A stretch of DNA of 64,000 nt from Flavobacteriales bacterium (GCA_040377305.1 JBEIPA010000013.1:87093-151092), one strand, 5' to 3'. Positions 17,990 to 28,242 are shown, counted from the stretch's first letter. Notes: generated from the sequence alone by a model not told the origin. Translations and numbers: made by a program.

Positions 17990-18712
17990 TTATTTCGAAG
18001 GCTCGTTAATCACGTCGAGGAACTCCAGGCTGCTGCGTTCAATCTTTTTCGCAATGCCATCGATCATGGTATTCAGGAAGTGATAGAACACGAAGGCTAT
18101 TACACCAATAATCAAACCTGCGCCTGAAGAAATCATTTTCTGGTACAAACCGCCAGAAATCGATTTAATGCTGATGTCGCCTGAATTAGCGATATCATAA
18201 AAAATGGTAACCACACCTGCGATGGTGCCGATGAATCCTAACATTGGTGCAATTCGCGCGGTCATTCCAAGAATATGCAGATTCTTCTCCACCTTGGATA
18301 TTTCAATGCTGCCTTGTGTTTCGAGCGCTTCGCTGATATCGCGACCCGGTTTTCCGATTCGGGAAATTCCTTTTTCTATAGTACGCGAAACCGGCGTGTT
18401 TGAAGCACGACATAATTCGCGAGCGGATTCAATTTTTCCGTTGAGCAGATAATCGCGGATGTTCAGCATGAACTGTCTGTCGAGCTTTGCTGCTTTCGAA
18501 ATCACAATCAATCGCTCTATTGCGAAGTAAAGTGTGAGGAGCAAGAGGAGAATGAGCGGAAACATAACCCATCCGCCTTTGAGTAGTAGCTCCATTGGAG
18601 TAATTGCCACTTCTACCGGAACAGGCGTAACCGTATTTGTAACCGTGGTCGCTGCTGTTGTTGCAGCCGAATCCGTCGGAGAGGTAATTTGAAGGAGAAT
18701 GTAATTTAGCAT
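17990..18712 (-). CDS. exbB: MotA/TolQ/ExbB proton channel
   Basis: GGWVM.P; APMLGFIGTIAG. Confidence 0.93.
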   Translation of the reverse strand: MLNYILLQITSPTDSAATTAATTVTNTVTPVPVEVAITPMELLLKGGWVMFPLILLLLLTLYFAIERLIVISKAAKLDRQFMLNIRDYLLNGKIESARELCRASNTPVSRTIEKGISRIGKPGRDISEALETQGSIEISKVEKNLHILGMTARIAPMLGFIGTIAGVVTIFYDIANSGDISIKSISGGLYQKMISSGAGLIIGVIAFVFYHFLNTMIDGIAKKIERSSLEFLDVINEPSK

Positions 18713-18948
18713 CTTACGTTGTCTTAGATCTATAACGTGGATTATCCTTCGAAATTATCTAAACAAAAAGGCTCCCGGGTAAGGCCCTGAGCCGATTGTC
18801 AACACTGCCGTGTTGATTCATTCCCGGGAGCGGGCCTACCTGTGTTTTCACGCAGGCAGGCGCGGTCCAGCTTTCCGTCGTCACAGATTACTGGACCGGC
18901 CGCGCGACAATCAATGCCCACACAACTGAGCAGGCGAATGCGATTGTG

Positions 18949-19749
18949 TTACTTTAACGAGAAACGGATTGGTTTGCGCATGATGAAATCAACGAGAGTC
19001 CCGTTTTCATCTTTCGCAGGAGTCCACTTAGGCATGCAGCTCATTACACGAAGTGCTTCCTTGTTGAGTGCAGGATGTGCACCACGAACCACTTTCACAT
19101 CGCGGTAATCACCCTTTGTGTCGACGATGAACTCGACATACACAACACCTTCAATTCCGCTTTCACGGCAAATCTGAGGATAACGAGTGTTCTTCGTGAG
19201 GTGATCATCCAAACCAGCGCATTCCGGCGGGAAAGGAGTCCAGTCGCGAATGACGAGCGGCGGAGTGGAATCCTGTTTACAGTTGATGCAGTTTCCAACC
19301 GGTTGTTTCACGACAGCACCAGAACCGATTCCAGACGAATCACCTTTCGGATCTCTGCCAGCTTCAAGATTTCCAGGAGGAACACTGTCCGTGTTAGTAA
19401 TCTTGATAATTGATGTCAACGCCTGGGTTCTCGGTCCTATTGCAGCTGCGGTTGTTTTCGGCGGCTCAATCGGTTTTGGAGGAGTAGCTTTCGGCGGATC
19501 GTTGGGTTTCGGAATTCCCGGTACCGGAGTAAGGTCGACAGGAACCGATTGCCATCTGTGTAGGTCGTCTGCTTGCGCAACAAAAGCCCAAGTCATAGAT
19601 CCACACGTAAAGAAGAGAATTGCTGCTGCACCGGCAATCAGCATATAACGTCCATACTTGCGCCGGATTTCATACGCTCCATACTTTTTGTTTCGGTTTT
19701 CGAAAACAATGTCGTTGAAGCTTTGCGAGAGAACAAATTTATTGTCCAT
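18949..19749 (-). CDS. Energy transducer TonB (second copy)
   Basis: DIVFENRNKKYGAY N-terminus; YP...GIEGVVYVEFIVD; MPKWTPA. Confidence 0.92.
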   Translation of the reverse strand: MDNKFVLSQSFNDIVFENRNKKYGAYEIRRKYGRYMLIAGAAAILFFTCGSMTWAFVAQADDLHRWQSVPVDLTPVPGIPKPNDPPKATPPKPIEPPKTTAAAIGPRTQALTSIIKITNTDSVPPGNLEAGRDPKGDSSGIGSGAVVKQPVGNCINCKQDSTPPLVIRDWTPFPPECAGLDDHLTKNTRYPQICRESGIEGVVYVEFIVDTKGDYRDVKVVRGAHPALNKEALRVMSCMPKWTPAKDENGTLVDFIMRKPIRFSLK

Positions 19750-20317
19750 AATGATCTGTTTTTATCAGGTTAAACATTACTGTTTACAACGTTGGTCAGG
19801 GAACCATCCGTTGTCCTGTAACTCGTCCAGGGTGTACATGTTGTTGCGGGGGAATGTAGGGATGCAACGTTATGTGTAGAACCAGGTCAGGAGTAGAATC
19901 AGATCATAGATGCGTTTAAGTGTGTGTTTCCATAACTCAGATTCCAAAATTTAAAGCAGACAAATCACGAAGAGGGTTACTTGAATGTGTCGGTTGCTTT
20001 GCGTTTCAGAATCTGAGTTTATATTGTTGCTTTCACTTTCTTTAACGCAATGTTAGGGCAGTAGTTGCAATGCAACTATGCATAGTTTGCAAGTGGAATG
20101 TGAACGAATACAAGTGGAATGAGTAGTGAAGCAAAGCATACGTCCACACGAATAACGCATACATGCCAGTTGTTTGCCGGAATCAACCAGTGAAGCGAAT
20201 GAAGTGAAAAAGGAAATGAATCTTGCAAGTGGCGAAACGCAGCTAAACATGCGTTATGTGTCCGGTCGGAGACGCAGACACCACATTGTGAGTCTGATGT
20301 CGGATACTTACTTCTCG

Positions 20318-21556
20318 CTATACAAGCTTACTCAAAGCAATCCCAAACGCAGCCTGGGCAATTCCTGTTTTCGAATTGTGCTGCTGGTGAGTTTCACGCA
20401 TTGCGTTTTCAATCACGCGGGAAACATCGGAGAAAATTGCATCATCCGTTAGCACTGCATCATCACTCATGAGGTATGCAAACACACGCGCCATTCCACA
20501 GTTGGAGATAAAGTCGGGAACAACGCTCACTTTGTTATCTGTGTATTCTCCGATTGGACCGAAAAAAATTTCTTTATCAGCAAAAGGAACATTCGCGCCG
20601 CACGCAATTACTTCCAGTCCGTTTGCAACCATCGCGTCTACTTGTTCCTGAGTAACAAGTCGTGATGCAGCTGCCGGAATAAAAATCTCAGCACCGCAGC
20701 TCCACACTTTTTGCGCAATTTCTGCAGCCGACAACATATTATCAGCTTTCAGCTTGTTGCCGTCTTTATTCACCATCAGATTGGTGATAGCAGCAAGGTC
20801 TAAACCTTCCGTAGAAATGATTCCGCCTTCACGATCGATGATGCCCGTAACTCGTGTGCCCATCTGTCCGAGATAATACGCCGCCGTAGAAGCAACGTTA
20901 CCCCATCCCTGAATAATTACACGTTTACCTTTTACATCGCCACCCCAAATAGCATAGTAGTGACGAACAGATTCCGCAACACCGTAACCGGTAATCATAT
21001 CGGATACGGTCAAGCCATCATGCGGAACATATTTTTTATCCGTAACAACCTTCACCACGCCTAGCTGAAGGTTTGAGATTTTCTTTCCAACCTGTTTGTC
21101 ATCCTGCATGCCGAATGGCGACAATCCGAAATGACCACGCATCACACCTTCCTGGGGATGCATCAATCCATATTTCTCCGTGATCGCAATTACATCATGG
21201 ATCTGATCCACGTTCATGTCGCCACCCGTTCCGTAATATGATTTCAGAACCGGAAGCACAGCTTTGAACCAACGCTCAAGCACACCGCGTTTTCTCGGAT
21301 CAGCAGGATCGAAGTTGATTCCCGACTTAGCTCCTCCAATCGGAGGACCCGCGACGGTGAATTTCACTTCCATTGTTTTCGCCAATGATTCTACTTCACG
21401 TCGGTCTAAGCCTTTACGCATACGAGTGCCACCACCGGCAGCACCGCCACGAAGCGAATTGATCACGATCCAACCTTCAGCTTCGGTCTCCGTGTCTTTC
21501 CATTCGAATACAATTTCGGGGCGTTTGTTCTCGTATTTATTCAGCAGATCTTTCAT
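20318..21556 (-). CDS. Glu/Leu/Phe/Val dehydrogenase
   Basis: GGTRM, GGAKSG, GGDMN, QGWGNVA, GAN, PDFISNCG. Confidence 0.93.
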   Translation of the reverse strand: MKDLLNKYENKRPEIVFEWKDTETEAEGWIVINSLRGGAAGGGTRMRKGLDRREVESLAKTMEVKFTVAGPPIGGAKSGINFDPADPRKRGVLERWFKAVLPVLKSYYGTGGDMNVDQIHDVIAITEKYGLMHPQEGVMRGHFGLSPFGMQDDKQVGKKISNLQLGVVKVVTDKKYVPHDGLTVSDMITGYGVAESVRHYYAIWGGDVKGKRVIIQGWGNVASTAAYYLGQMGTRVTGIIDREGGIISTEGLDLAAITNLMVNKDGNKLKADNMLSAAEIAQKVWSCGAEIFIPAAASRLVTQEQVDAMVANGLEVIACGANVPFADKEIFFGPIGEYTDNKVSVVPDFISNCGMARVFAYLMSDDAVLTDDAIFSDVSRVIENAMRETHQQHNSKTGIAQAAFGIALSKLV

Positions 21557-21739
21557 TGTCGCGTTGCGATTCTTGGGAAGGAAATTTTGGTGGCGCAAAA
21601 ATACTAAATCATTATCATGTGCGCGGTATATACTTTTTTCCCTACCCGCGGTGGAATTCTCAGAAAAAATATTTTTTTGAACGATTGCACCACATGAAAA
21701 AATATCATTCTAACTTTAGGCTAAAGAAAATCATCGGGG

Positions 21740-22042
21740 ATGAAAAAAGTTAGCAAGACAACGAAAACTGCAGTGACTGCCAAAGCGAAACCCGCAGCAA
21801 AAGTTGCAACTTCTTCAAAGAAGAAGAGTGAAGAGGATATCGATGACGAAGATATTCCGGAAGAGATAGAATCAGATGAAGAGGTAGAGGAGAATGACGA
21901 CTACGAGCGTCCCGATCCGGAAGATGCTATCGACGAGCCAGATCCTAAGAAAGTGAAAATTGAAGAAGTTGAGTTGGACGATCTCGATTTGGATCTCGAT
22001 GACGAAGACGATGATAAATTCTACAATGAAGATACATTCTAG
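21740..22042 (+). CDS. Small protein with basic N-terminus and acidic C-terminus
   Basis: K/A/T-rich first ~30 aa then a D/E-rich tract; own terminator at about 22063-22088. Confidence 0.8.
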   Translation: MKKVSKTTKTAVTAKAKPAAKVATSSKKKSEEDIDDEDIPEEIESDEEVEENDDYERPDPEDAIDEPDPKKVKIEEVELDDLDLDLDDEDDDKFYNEDTF

Positions 22043-22196
22043 CTAACAAACAGCTTATGTTCAAACCTCGCTTGCGAGGTTTTTTTTGCCTTATACAAAC
22101 CGCGTCTATATGATAAAATTATAGAATGATAAGATTGGGTCGCTAGTATTGACAAATCGCATTATCCAATCATCTTATCATCCAATAATCCCATCA

Positions 22197-23240
22197 TCAT
22201 TTCGGAGTGTGGATAGTACCACCACAGCTATCCCGACTCGCGCCCGTCACGGAGGCAAGTGCGTTCACTTTATCGTGTAATCGCAGATAGCCCAGCAACG
22301 CGAAGATGAGCGCTTCTTTGAACTGCACCGTTTCATCATCGGGAATTACGATTTGCGCCTTGCTGTGTTTCTTCAGTTCTCCAATGAAAAACTTGTTGTA
22401 AGCACCTCCGCCTGTCACAAGCATTTTACCTTCACCTGTGCATACACGAGCTGTTTGTTTCGCAGCGTGAATTGCAAACGTGTGCAGCTGATCTTCGGGC
22501 GACATTTTTTCACTCAGCAGTGGAAATATATTTTTCTCAACCCATTCTCTGCCGAGTGATTTCGGTGGAGACTGTGAAAAATAAGGAAGCGCATCCAGTT
22601 CTTCTCCCAGCGCTGCATGGTATTTCCCCTTTGCCGCAAGCTTGCCGCCTGTATCATATTCCTGACCCCGACGTTGCGCAATTCTGTTCATCACGTAATT
22701 GAGTGGAACTACATCAAAGGCTTTTCGCAGTCCGTTTACCTCGAAGGAAATATTCACGAATCCACCGAGGTTCAAACAATACGTGAAATTCCCAAACATC
22801 ATTTTATCACCAATCGGAACCAGTGGCGCACCTTGACCGCCCAATGAAACATCGGTGGTACGGAAATCATTTACAGTCGTGATTCCGGTGATGCGCGCTA
22901 TTTCACTTCCGCTTCCCGACTGGAATGTGTACCCGTTCGCCGGATCATGAAAAATGGTGTGCCCGTGAGACGCGATGTAGTCGGGTTTCTCAGTACCCAG
23001 AAATTTCACGCACATTTCGCCGAGCAGCTGACCATATTCTTTGTCGTGCGTCGCCAGTTCTTCACCCGATGTCTTTTCAGCATCCTTGAGCTTCTGTTTC
23101 CATTCGGCAGAATAGGGGAGGGTTTGTGCTCTCAGGATTTTATACTTCGTCCCGGCACCTGAAATGCGACATAACGCAAGATCCAATCCATCGAGGGAAG
23201 TGCCAGACATCAGTCCTAGAATGGTCAGTGAATCCTGCAT
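22197..23240 (-). CDS. anmK: Anhydro-N-acetylmuramic acid kinase
   Basis: GLMSGTSLDGLD, SHGHT, DFR..D...GGQGAPLVP, LNLGG, TGGGAYN. Confidence 0.96.
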   Translation of the reverse strand: MQDSLTILGLMSGTSLDGLDLALCRISGAGTKYKILRAQTLPYSAEWKQKLKDAEKTSGEELATHDKEYGQLLGEMCVKFLGTEKPDYIASHGHTIFHDPANGYTFQSGSGSEIARITGITTVNDFRTTDVSLGGQGAPLVPIGDKMMFGNFTYCLNLGGFVNISFEVNGLRKAFDVVPLNYVMNRIAQRRGQEYDTGGKLAAKGKYHAALGEELDALPYFSQSPPKSLGREWVEKNIFPLLSEKMSPEDQLHTFAIHAAKQTARVCTGEGKMLVTGGGAYNKFFIGELKKHSKAQIVIPDDETVQFKEALIFALLGYLRLHDKVNALASVTGASRDSCGGTIHTPK

Positions 23241-23248
23241 TTTTCAAA

Positions 23249-23372
23249 GATAGGAGATGGGAGATAGGAGTCGGGAGGTCGCGCGCATAAACCTTTAAGG
23301 TTTTTAAAACCTTAAAGGTTTGTACGCTTTCGCGATTTTTACTCCCGTCTCCCAACTCCTAACTCCCAACTA
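23249..23372. repeat. Inverted 7-mer arrays enclosing a family C palindrome (23289-23321)
   Basis: gataggagatgggagataggagtcgggag ... aaacctttaaggtttttaaaaccttaaaggttt ... ctcccgtctcccaactcctaactcccaact. Confidence 0.85.
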
Positions 23373-23411
23373 TTCCCGATATTTGGCGTCCACACTTAAA
23401 CCATCCTAACC

Positions 23412-24551
23412 ATGTTTTTTGAATTATCTGAAGAGCACCGCGCAGTACAACAAGCAGCACGCGATTTCGCACAAAACGAACTCAAGCCTGGCGTAATTGA
23501 ACGCGACGAGCTTCAGAAGTTTCCTACTGAGCAAATCAAAAAACTGGGCGAGCTCGGATTTCTTGGAATGATGGTTGATCCGAAGTACGGCGGCGGCGGA
23601 ATGGACGCTATCTCCTACGTACTCGCAATGGAAGAAATCTCCAAAGTCGATGCCTCTTGCTCCGTGGTCATGTCGGTGAACAATTCACTGGTGTGCTGGG
23701 GACTCGAATCATTCGGAACAGAAGAACAAAAACAGAAATACCTCGTGCCACTGGCGAAAGGTGAAATCATCGGCGCATTCTGTCTTTCAGAACCGGAAGC
23801 AGGATCGGATGCAACTTCACAGCGCACAACGGCAATTGACAAAGGCGATCACTATCTCCTCAACGGAACGAAGAACTGGATTACCAATGGTAACAGCGCT
23901 TCTGTTTATCTCGTCATTGCACAAACAGATGCCGATAAAGGTTCACGCGGAATCAATGCATTCATCGTTGAAAAAGGAATGCCTGGATTCGTAGTAGGAC
24001 CGAAAGAAAATAAAATGGGAATCCGTGCATCGGATACGCACTCCTTGATGTTCACAGATGTGAAAGTTCCGAAGGAGAACCGCATCGGAGAAGACGGATT
24101 CGGTTTCAAATTCGCGATGAAAACATTGACTGGCGGACGAATCGGAATTGCTGCACAAGCTCTCGGAATTGCTGCTGGTGCATACGAACTTGCACTTGCT
24201 TATTCGAAAGAGCGCAAAGCATTCGGAAAGACAATCAACCAGCACCAGGCCATTGCTTTCAAACTTGCTGATATGGCAACTGAAATTGAAGCAGCACGTT
24301 TGCTGTGTTTGCGTTCTGCGTGGATGAAAGATCAGCACATGGATTATGGAACTGCATCTGCAATGGCGAAACTTTACGCTTCACGCGTTGCCATGTGGGT
24401 GACTACCGAAGCAGTTCAGGTGCACGGAGGATACGGTTACGTGAAAGAATACCATGTTGAACGTTTAATGCGCGATGCTAAAATCACGCAGATCTACGAA
24501 GGAACTTCAGAAGTACAGAAGATCGTAATCTCACGCAGCGTACTCAGCTAA
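23412..24551 (+). CDS. Acyl-CoA dehydrogenase
   Basis: FCLSEPEAGSDA, LNGTKNWITNG, KMGIRAS, GRIGIA, QVHGGYGY, QIYEGTSE. Confidence 0.97.
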   Translation: MFFELSEEHRAVQQAARDFAQNELKPGVIERDELQKFPTEQIKKLGELGFLGMMVDPKYGGGGMDAISYVLAMEEISKVDASCSVVMSVNNSLVCWGLESFGTEEQKQKYLVPLAKGEIIGAFCLSEPEAGSDATSQRTTAIDKGDHYLLNGTKNWITNGNSASVYLVIAQTDADKGSRGINAFIVEKGMPGFVVGPKENKMGIRASDTHSLMFTDVKVPKENRIGEDGFGFKFAMKTLTGGRIGIAAQALGIAAGAYELALAYSKERKAFGKTINQHQAIAFKLADMATEIEAARLLCLRSAWMKDQHMDYGTASAMAKLYASRVAMWVTTEAVQVHGGYGYVKEYHVERLMRDAKITQIYEGTSEVQKIVISRSVLS

Positions 24552-24684
24552 CCGCAGCGGCGCGGCGCCGCAAGTGACGCATAGAAATAGTTTGTCCCGG
24601 TTAACCAAGGTTAGCCGGGACAATTTTTTGAGGTAGTACTTCCAATTAGAAATCTAACGTTGCGTCGCTGCGCCGCTGCGGTTA
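24549..24684. repeat. Inverted-repeat element D spanning the two stops of convergent genes
   Basis: taaccgcagcggcgcggcgccgcaa / ttgcgtcgctgcgccgctgcggtta; internal hairpin ttgtcccgg...ccgggacaa. Confidence 0.85.
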
Positions 24685-25104
24685 TGATTTAGGTACTAAG
24701 TGCACTTCCCAATCATTTCCATCATCCTGAAAGCGAACCCAGAATTCTTTTTCCTTCAAGCGTAGAATCTGGTATTGTTCCGACTCACCGTCTGTGTTTG
24801 TAAAGCGGATTTCCATTTTTTCGCTTACAAACTGCCACTGACCACTTTCGTTTACTTGTGCTAAGCTAAATGGACTGTAAGAAAGTGAATACGTATCGTC
24901 TTTGCGGATGTCGAGTAAGTAACCGGCGAAAGCTGCGTTGAAATCAGAAGTTTTGTCAACTCCGTTTTGCATAGCTGAGCTTACTTGCCACTCGTTACAC
25001 ACACGTTGTTTCTTAGTACGTAGACTTAGTCCCGGACCATCTTCATATTTGCCGCATCCAACTAAAATGAAAAGCGGAATTGCAAGGAGCATTATTTTTT
25101 TCAT
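24682..25104 (-). CDS. Lipocalin-like lipoprotein
   Basis: Lipobox LVGC; KYEDGP; G.W.F; ILRLKEKEFW. Confidence 0.75.
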   Translation of the reverse strand: MKKIMLLAIPLFILVGCGKYEDGPGLSLRTKKQRVCNEWQVSSAMQNGVDKTSDFNAAFAGYLLDIRKDDTYSLSYSPFSLAQVNESGQWQFVSEKMEIRFTNTDGESEQYQILRLKEKEFWVRFQDDGNDWEVHLVPKS

Positions 25105-25125
25105 AACGATTAAGTTTTACAGGGT

Positions 25126-25542
25126 TTATTTAGGATGAAGATGCAATTCCCATTCGTTGCCCGAATCGGTGAACCGCACCCATAATTCATTGCCGGCTAA
25201 ACGCAGTATCTGATAATCGATTTCACTTCCATCGTCGGCCGTAGCGACGAAATGAAGTTTGTCGTTCGTGAATTTCCAAACACCCTTTTTAATGATATGC
25301 TGTTCATCACTATTCCGATAGAACTGTGTATACTTTTCATCATCACCAATATTGAACTGGTAATCCCTGTAGGTATCCAGAAATGAAGGTGCTTCACCAT
25401 TCACGTGGATGGCTTCGTTAATCATCCAGTTGTTCGTTAGCCGTTCCTTGCTCGTGATCAAGCTATACTCGGGACCGTTTTCGTATTTCGTGCATCCCGC
25501 CAGAAGCAGAATTCCAATCGCAACAGAAAGTATCGTTTTCAT
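25126..25542 (-). CDS. Lipocalin-like lipoprotein, tandem paralog of 24682..25104
   Basis: Lipobox LAGC; shares KYE.GP, YQILRL...E.WVRF.D.GN.WE.HL.PK. Confidence 0.78.
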   Translation of the reverse strand: MKTILSVAIGILLLAGCTKYENGPEYSLITSKERLTNNWMINEAIHVNGEAPSFLDTYRDYQFNIGDDEKYTQFYRNSDEQHIIKKGVWKFTNDKLHFVATADDGSEIDYQILRLAGNELWVRFTDSGNEWELHLHPK

Positions 25543-25690
25543 CACACACATTTCCAGAACATCATTCGAATTCTATGCCTCAAAGAAAAATCGCGTTTTT
25601 GGAAAGAATACGTTTGTTTTGGATTTCTCACCGTGGAGTACAATCCACACTTCCGGACATTTCGCGGGAGATACTTATCTTGCGTGTTCC

Positions 25691-27295
25691 ATGGACGAAC
25701 AGAAAATCGGCAAGAAAGTTTGGATTGCAATTCTGTTTATTCTCACTTTTCTTATTTATGGAAGAACAGTCTCCTACGAATTCGTGTGGGATGACGAGAG
25801 ATCGCACCTCACCGCGCATAAAGATCTGATGGAAGGAAATGTCGGGAAGCTCATGACCAAAACTTACGATGGCATGTACATTCCGGTAACGTACCTAACG
25901 TGGAATGCGGTGAAGACCTTCGCGAAAGACGGAGAAACACTTAGCCCGAAACCATTTCACTTTCTAAACGTGCTGTTTCACGCGATCAACGTAGTGCTGC
26001 TGTTTCTGATTCTGCACTTGCTTTTTGGAAATAGCCTGGCAGCATTTATCGGGGCATTTGTTTTCGGTTTTCACCCGATGCAAGTAGAGAGTGTCGCGTG
26101 GATTTCAGAATTCCGGGGCGTGTACAGTTGCTTCTTCAGCTTAACGGCGCTGTTGGTTTTATTCCGCAATCTCAAAACACATACGTTTACTTCAGCGAAA
26201 GATCTGATCAGCTCGAGGTTTTTTATTGGAGCCACAGTACTTTTTGTCTGCGCACTTCTGTCAAAACCAACTGCGGTGATGTTTCCATTCATCACGATGT
26301 TACTCGTGTGGTGTTTCTTCCGCGAATCGTTCACCGCAGCACGAAACGCCATGATCGTGTGGGTTGTCCTTGTCATTCCGGTTGCCCTCAGTACATCCGG
26401 TGCTCAGCAGAACGATATCATGGAATTCGTTACACCGTTTGCACAACGATTTGCTTTGGTTGGCTATTCCATCGGATTCTACCTGATGAAAGTTTTTGTT
26501 CCAATCAACCTTGCACCGTCTTATGGAATAACTCCGCAAGTTATTCTGCAGGATGTAATGGCGTACGTTGGACTTGCAATCGTTCTTGCCATTGCCGCAT
26601 TCCTATTCTGGAAACGCGAGAAGTATAAGCACCTGTTCACAGGATATTATCTGTTCGTGCTGAGTGTTCTGCCCGTTACCGGAATCGTTACGTTTTATTT
26701 TCAGCGTTATTCCAACGTTGCCGATCGATACGTCTACTTTGGCATGATTGGTTTTGCCATCATCGCAGCATACACCAACGCTCGTGCATCAGTGAAATGG
26801 GTTAGAAGTATTCCGATCGGACTCATAGCGGGCTATTTGATTTTTGCGAACGCACAAATTCCGGTTTGGAAAGATGAATTTTCGATCTGGAACCATTCCT
26901 ATTTTGAGTATCCAAATCAGTTCCAGGCTGCATACAATCTCGGTGTATATTATGGACAACGCAATGATTCCAGAAGAGCAGTTGCCTTCTACACGAAAGC
27001 ACTTGAAAACAATCCATCGAGCAAGGATGCGCTCGTCAACCGTGCAAATGTGTATGGCAAGACGAACGATTTTCCGAATGCATTAAAAGACTACGACGCA
27101 GCTCTCGCATTGGACCCCAACGACGGCAGCATCTACTACAACCGCGCGCTCACCAATTACTTCATGAAAAATTACGAAGCGTGTCCACCTGACATTATCA
27201 AAGCCCAGGAATATGGTTTTGTAATTGACATGCAGTTTGCAACGGCGGTGAGGGATTCTATGCGGGCGGTGAGGGGGAGAGATTCGTTGCAGTGA
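25691..27295 (+). CDS. TMTC-like GT-C membrane protein with C-terminal TPRs
   Basis: FVWDD, FH..N..FH, HPMQVESVAWI, LLSK, ADRYVY; TPRs at the C-terminus. Confidence 0.85.
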   Translation: MDEQKIGKKVWIAILFILTFLIYGRTVSYEFVWDDERSHLTAHKDLMEGNVGKLMTKTYDGMYIPVTYLTWNAVKTFAKDGETLSPKPFHFLNVLFHAINVVLLFLILHLLFGNSLAAFIGAFVFGFHPMQVESVAWISEFRGVYSCFFSLTALLVLFRNLKTHTFTSAKDLISSRFFIGATVLFVCALLSKPTAVMFPFITMLLVWCFFRESFTAARNAMIVWVVLVIPVALSTSGAQQNDIMEFVTPFAQRFALVGYSIGFYLMKVFVPINLAPSYGITPQVILQDVMAYVGLAIVLAIAAFLFWKREKYKHLFTGYYLFVLSVLPVTGIVTFYFQRYSNVADRYVYFGMIGFAIIAAYTNARASVKWVRSIPIGLIAGYLIFANAQIPVWKDEFSIWNHSYFEYPNQFQAAYNLGVYYGQRNDSRRAVAFYTKALENNPSSKDALVNRANVYGKTNDFPNALKDYDAALALDPNDGSIYYNRALTNYFMKNYEACPPDIIKAQEYGFVIDMQFATAVRDSMRAVRGRDSLQ

Positions 27296-27301
27296 TCTGC
27301 T

Positions 27302-28156
27302 TTACTCACTGACAACAATTTTATTGCCTGCAACATTACCTTGAGCAGTACTTAAAACATAGGTATATGTTCCGGGCAAAAATGTTCCCGATTCAATCAC
27401 AAGTGTGTTGAAACTGCTGGTAACACTGTATTGCTTCACTTCCTGACCTAGTAGGTCATAGATGATCATTGTTCCTGAATTTGTTCCGGCAGGTAGCTGA
27501 TATGGAATTGTAACACTACTGGTGGTTGGATTGGGGTAAGGAGCGGGGAGTTGCTGGTTTGGCTGCGTTCCCCCGCCCGTTTGTTGAATTCCATTGATCA
27601 CACCTCCGGTACACTCGTTGCAAGGTATCGTGCCCGGCAAGCTGTATACTTCCATCGCTCCTGAAGGCGACATATCACGAATTAGCATTTTCACACCGGC
27701 AGAAGTAAATACGATTCCGTGCTGTGCCATGGGAAAGCTATTGGTTGAATTGGGACAATCGGCAGTGTCTCGTAAAAAAAGCACATTTCCCAATTCATCA
27801 TACACGCGTATATGGCTTGGCCCAATGCCAAAATTTGTGGTGTCGCGATACACAATCATGTATTCTATATCTGCTGAATTCGTGTTGAACAATTCATCAC
27901 TTACGAATCGAACTCCAATGTTTGAAATTGGCGTGAATGGTTGCGGAGGAATTGAGAAGGTTCTAAATAGTGAATGATTGAGATTATAGATATTGATTTG
28001 CCCATTCACATTCTCGAAGTATTTGTATCCTGCCGCGCTGAGTTGAATCAAACCTGAATTTGAATAACCCGGTGCATTAGGATAGCTAGCTTCAAACGTG
28101 ATTTGGGCGGTTGCTGATATAGCAATGAGTTGAAAGGTGACCATCAATTTTTTCAT
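27302..28156 (-). CDS. T9SS type A cargo, unknown function
   Basis: Signal peptide; C-terminal YPNPT...IYDLLGQ...GTYTY CTD. Confidence 0.85.
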   Translation of the reverse strand: MKKLMVTFQLIAISATAQITFEASYPNAPGYSNSGLIQLSAAGYKYFENVNGQINIYNLNHSLFRTFSIPPQPFTPISNIGVRFVSDELFNTNSADIEYMIVYRDTTNFGIGPSHIRVYDELGNVLFLRDTADCPNSTNSFPMAQHGIVFTSAGVKMLIRDMSPSGAMEVYSLPGTIPCNECTGGVINGIQQTGGGTQPNQQLPAPYPNPTTSSVTIPYQLPAGTNSGTMIIYDLLGQEVKQYSVTSSFNTLVIESGTFLPGTYTYVLSTAQGNVAGNKIVVSE

Positions 28157-28242
28157 GGTAGCATGTTTAGGAATAGCAAGAATAGTGCGAATAGGCAGTG
28201 CACACAAAATCCACTTAGAGGATTCTTACGCGCTCACCATTG

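Noticed and set aside
20080-20310. Short direct repeats (caagtggaatg, gtgaagc) as an array
   Set aside because: Too degenerate and irregular to call; at most transcription-factor sites.
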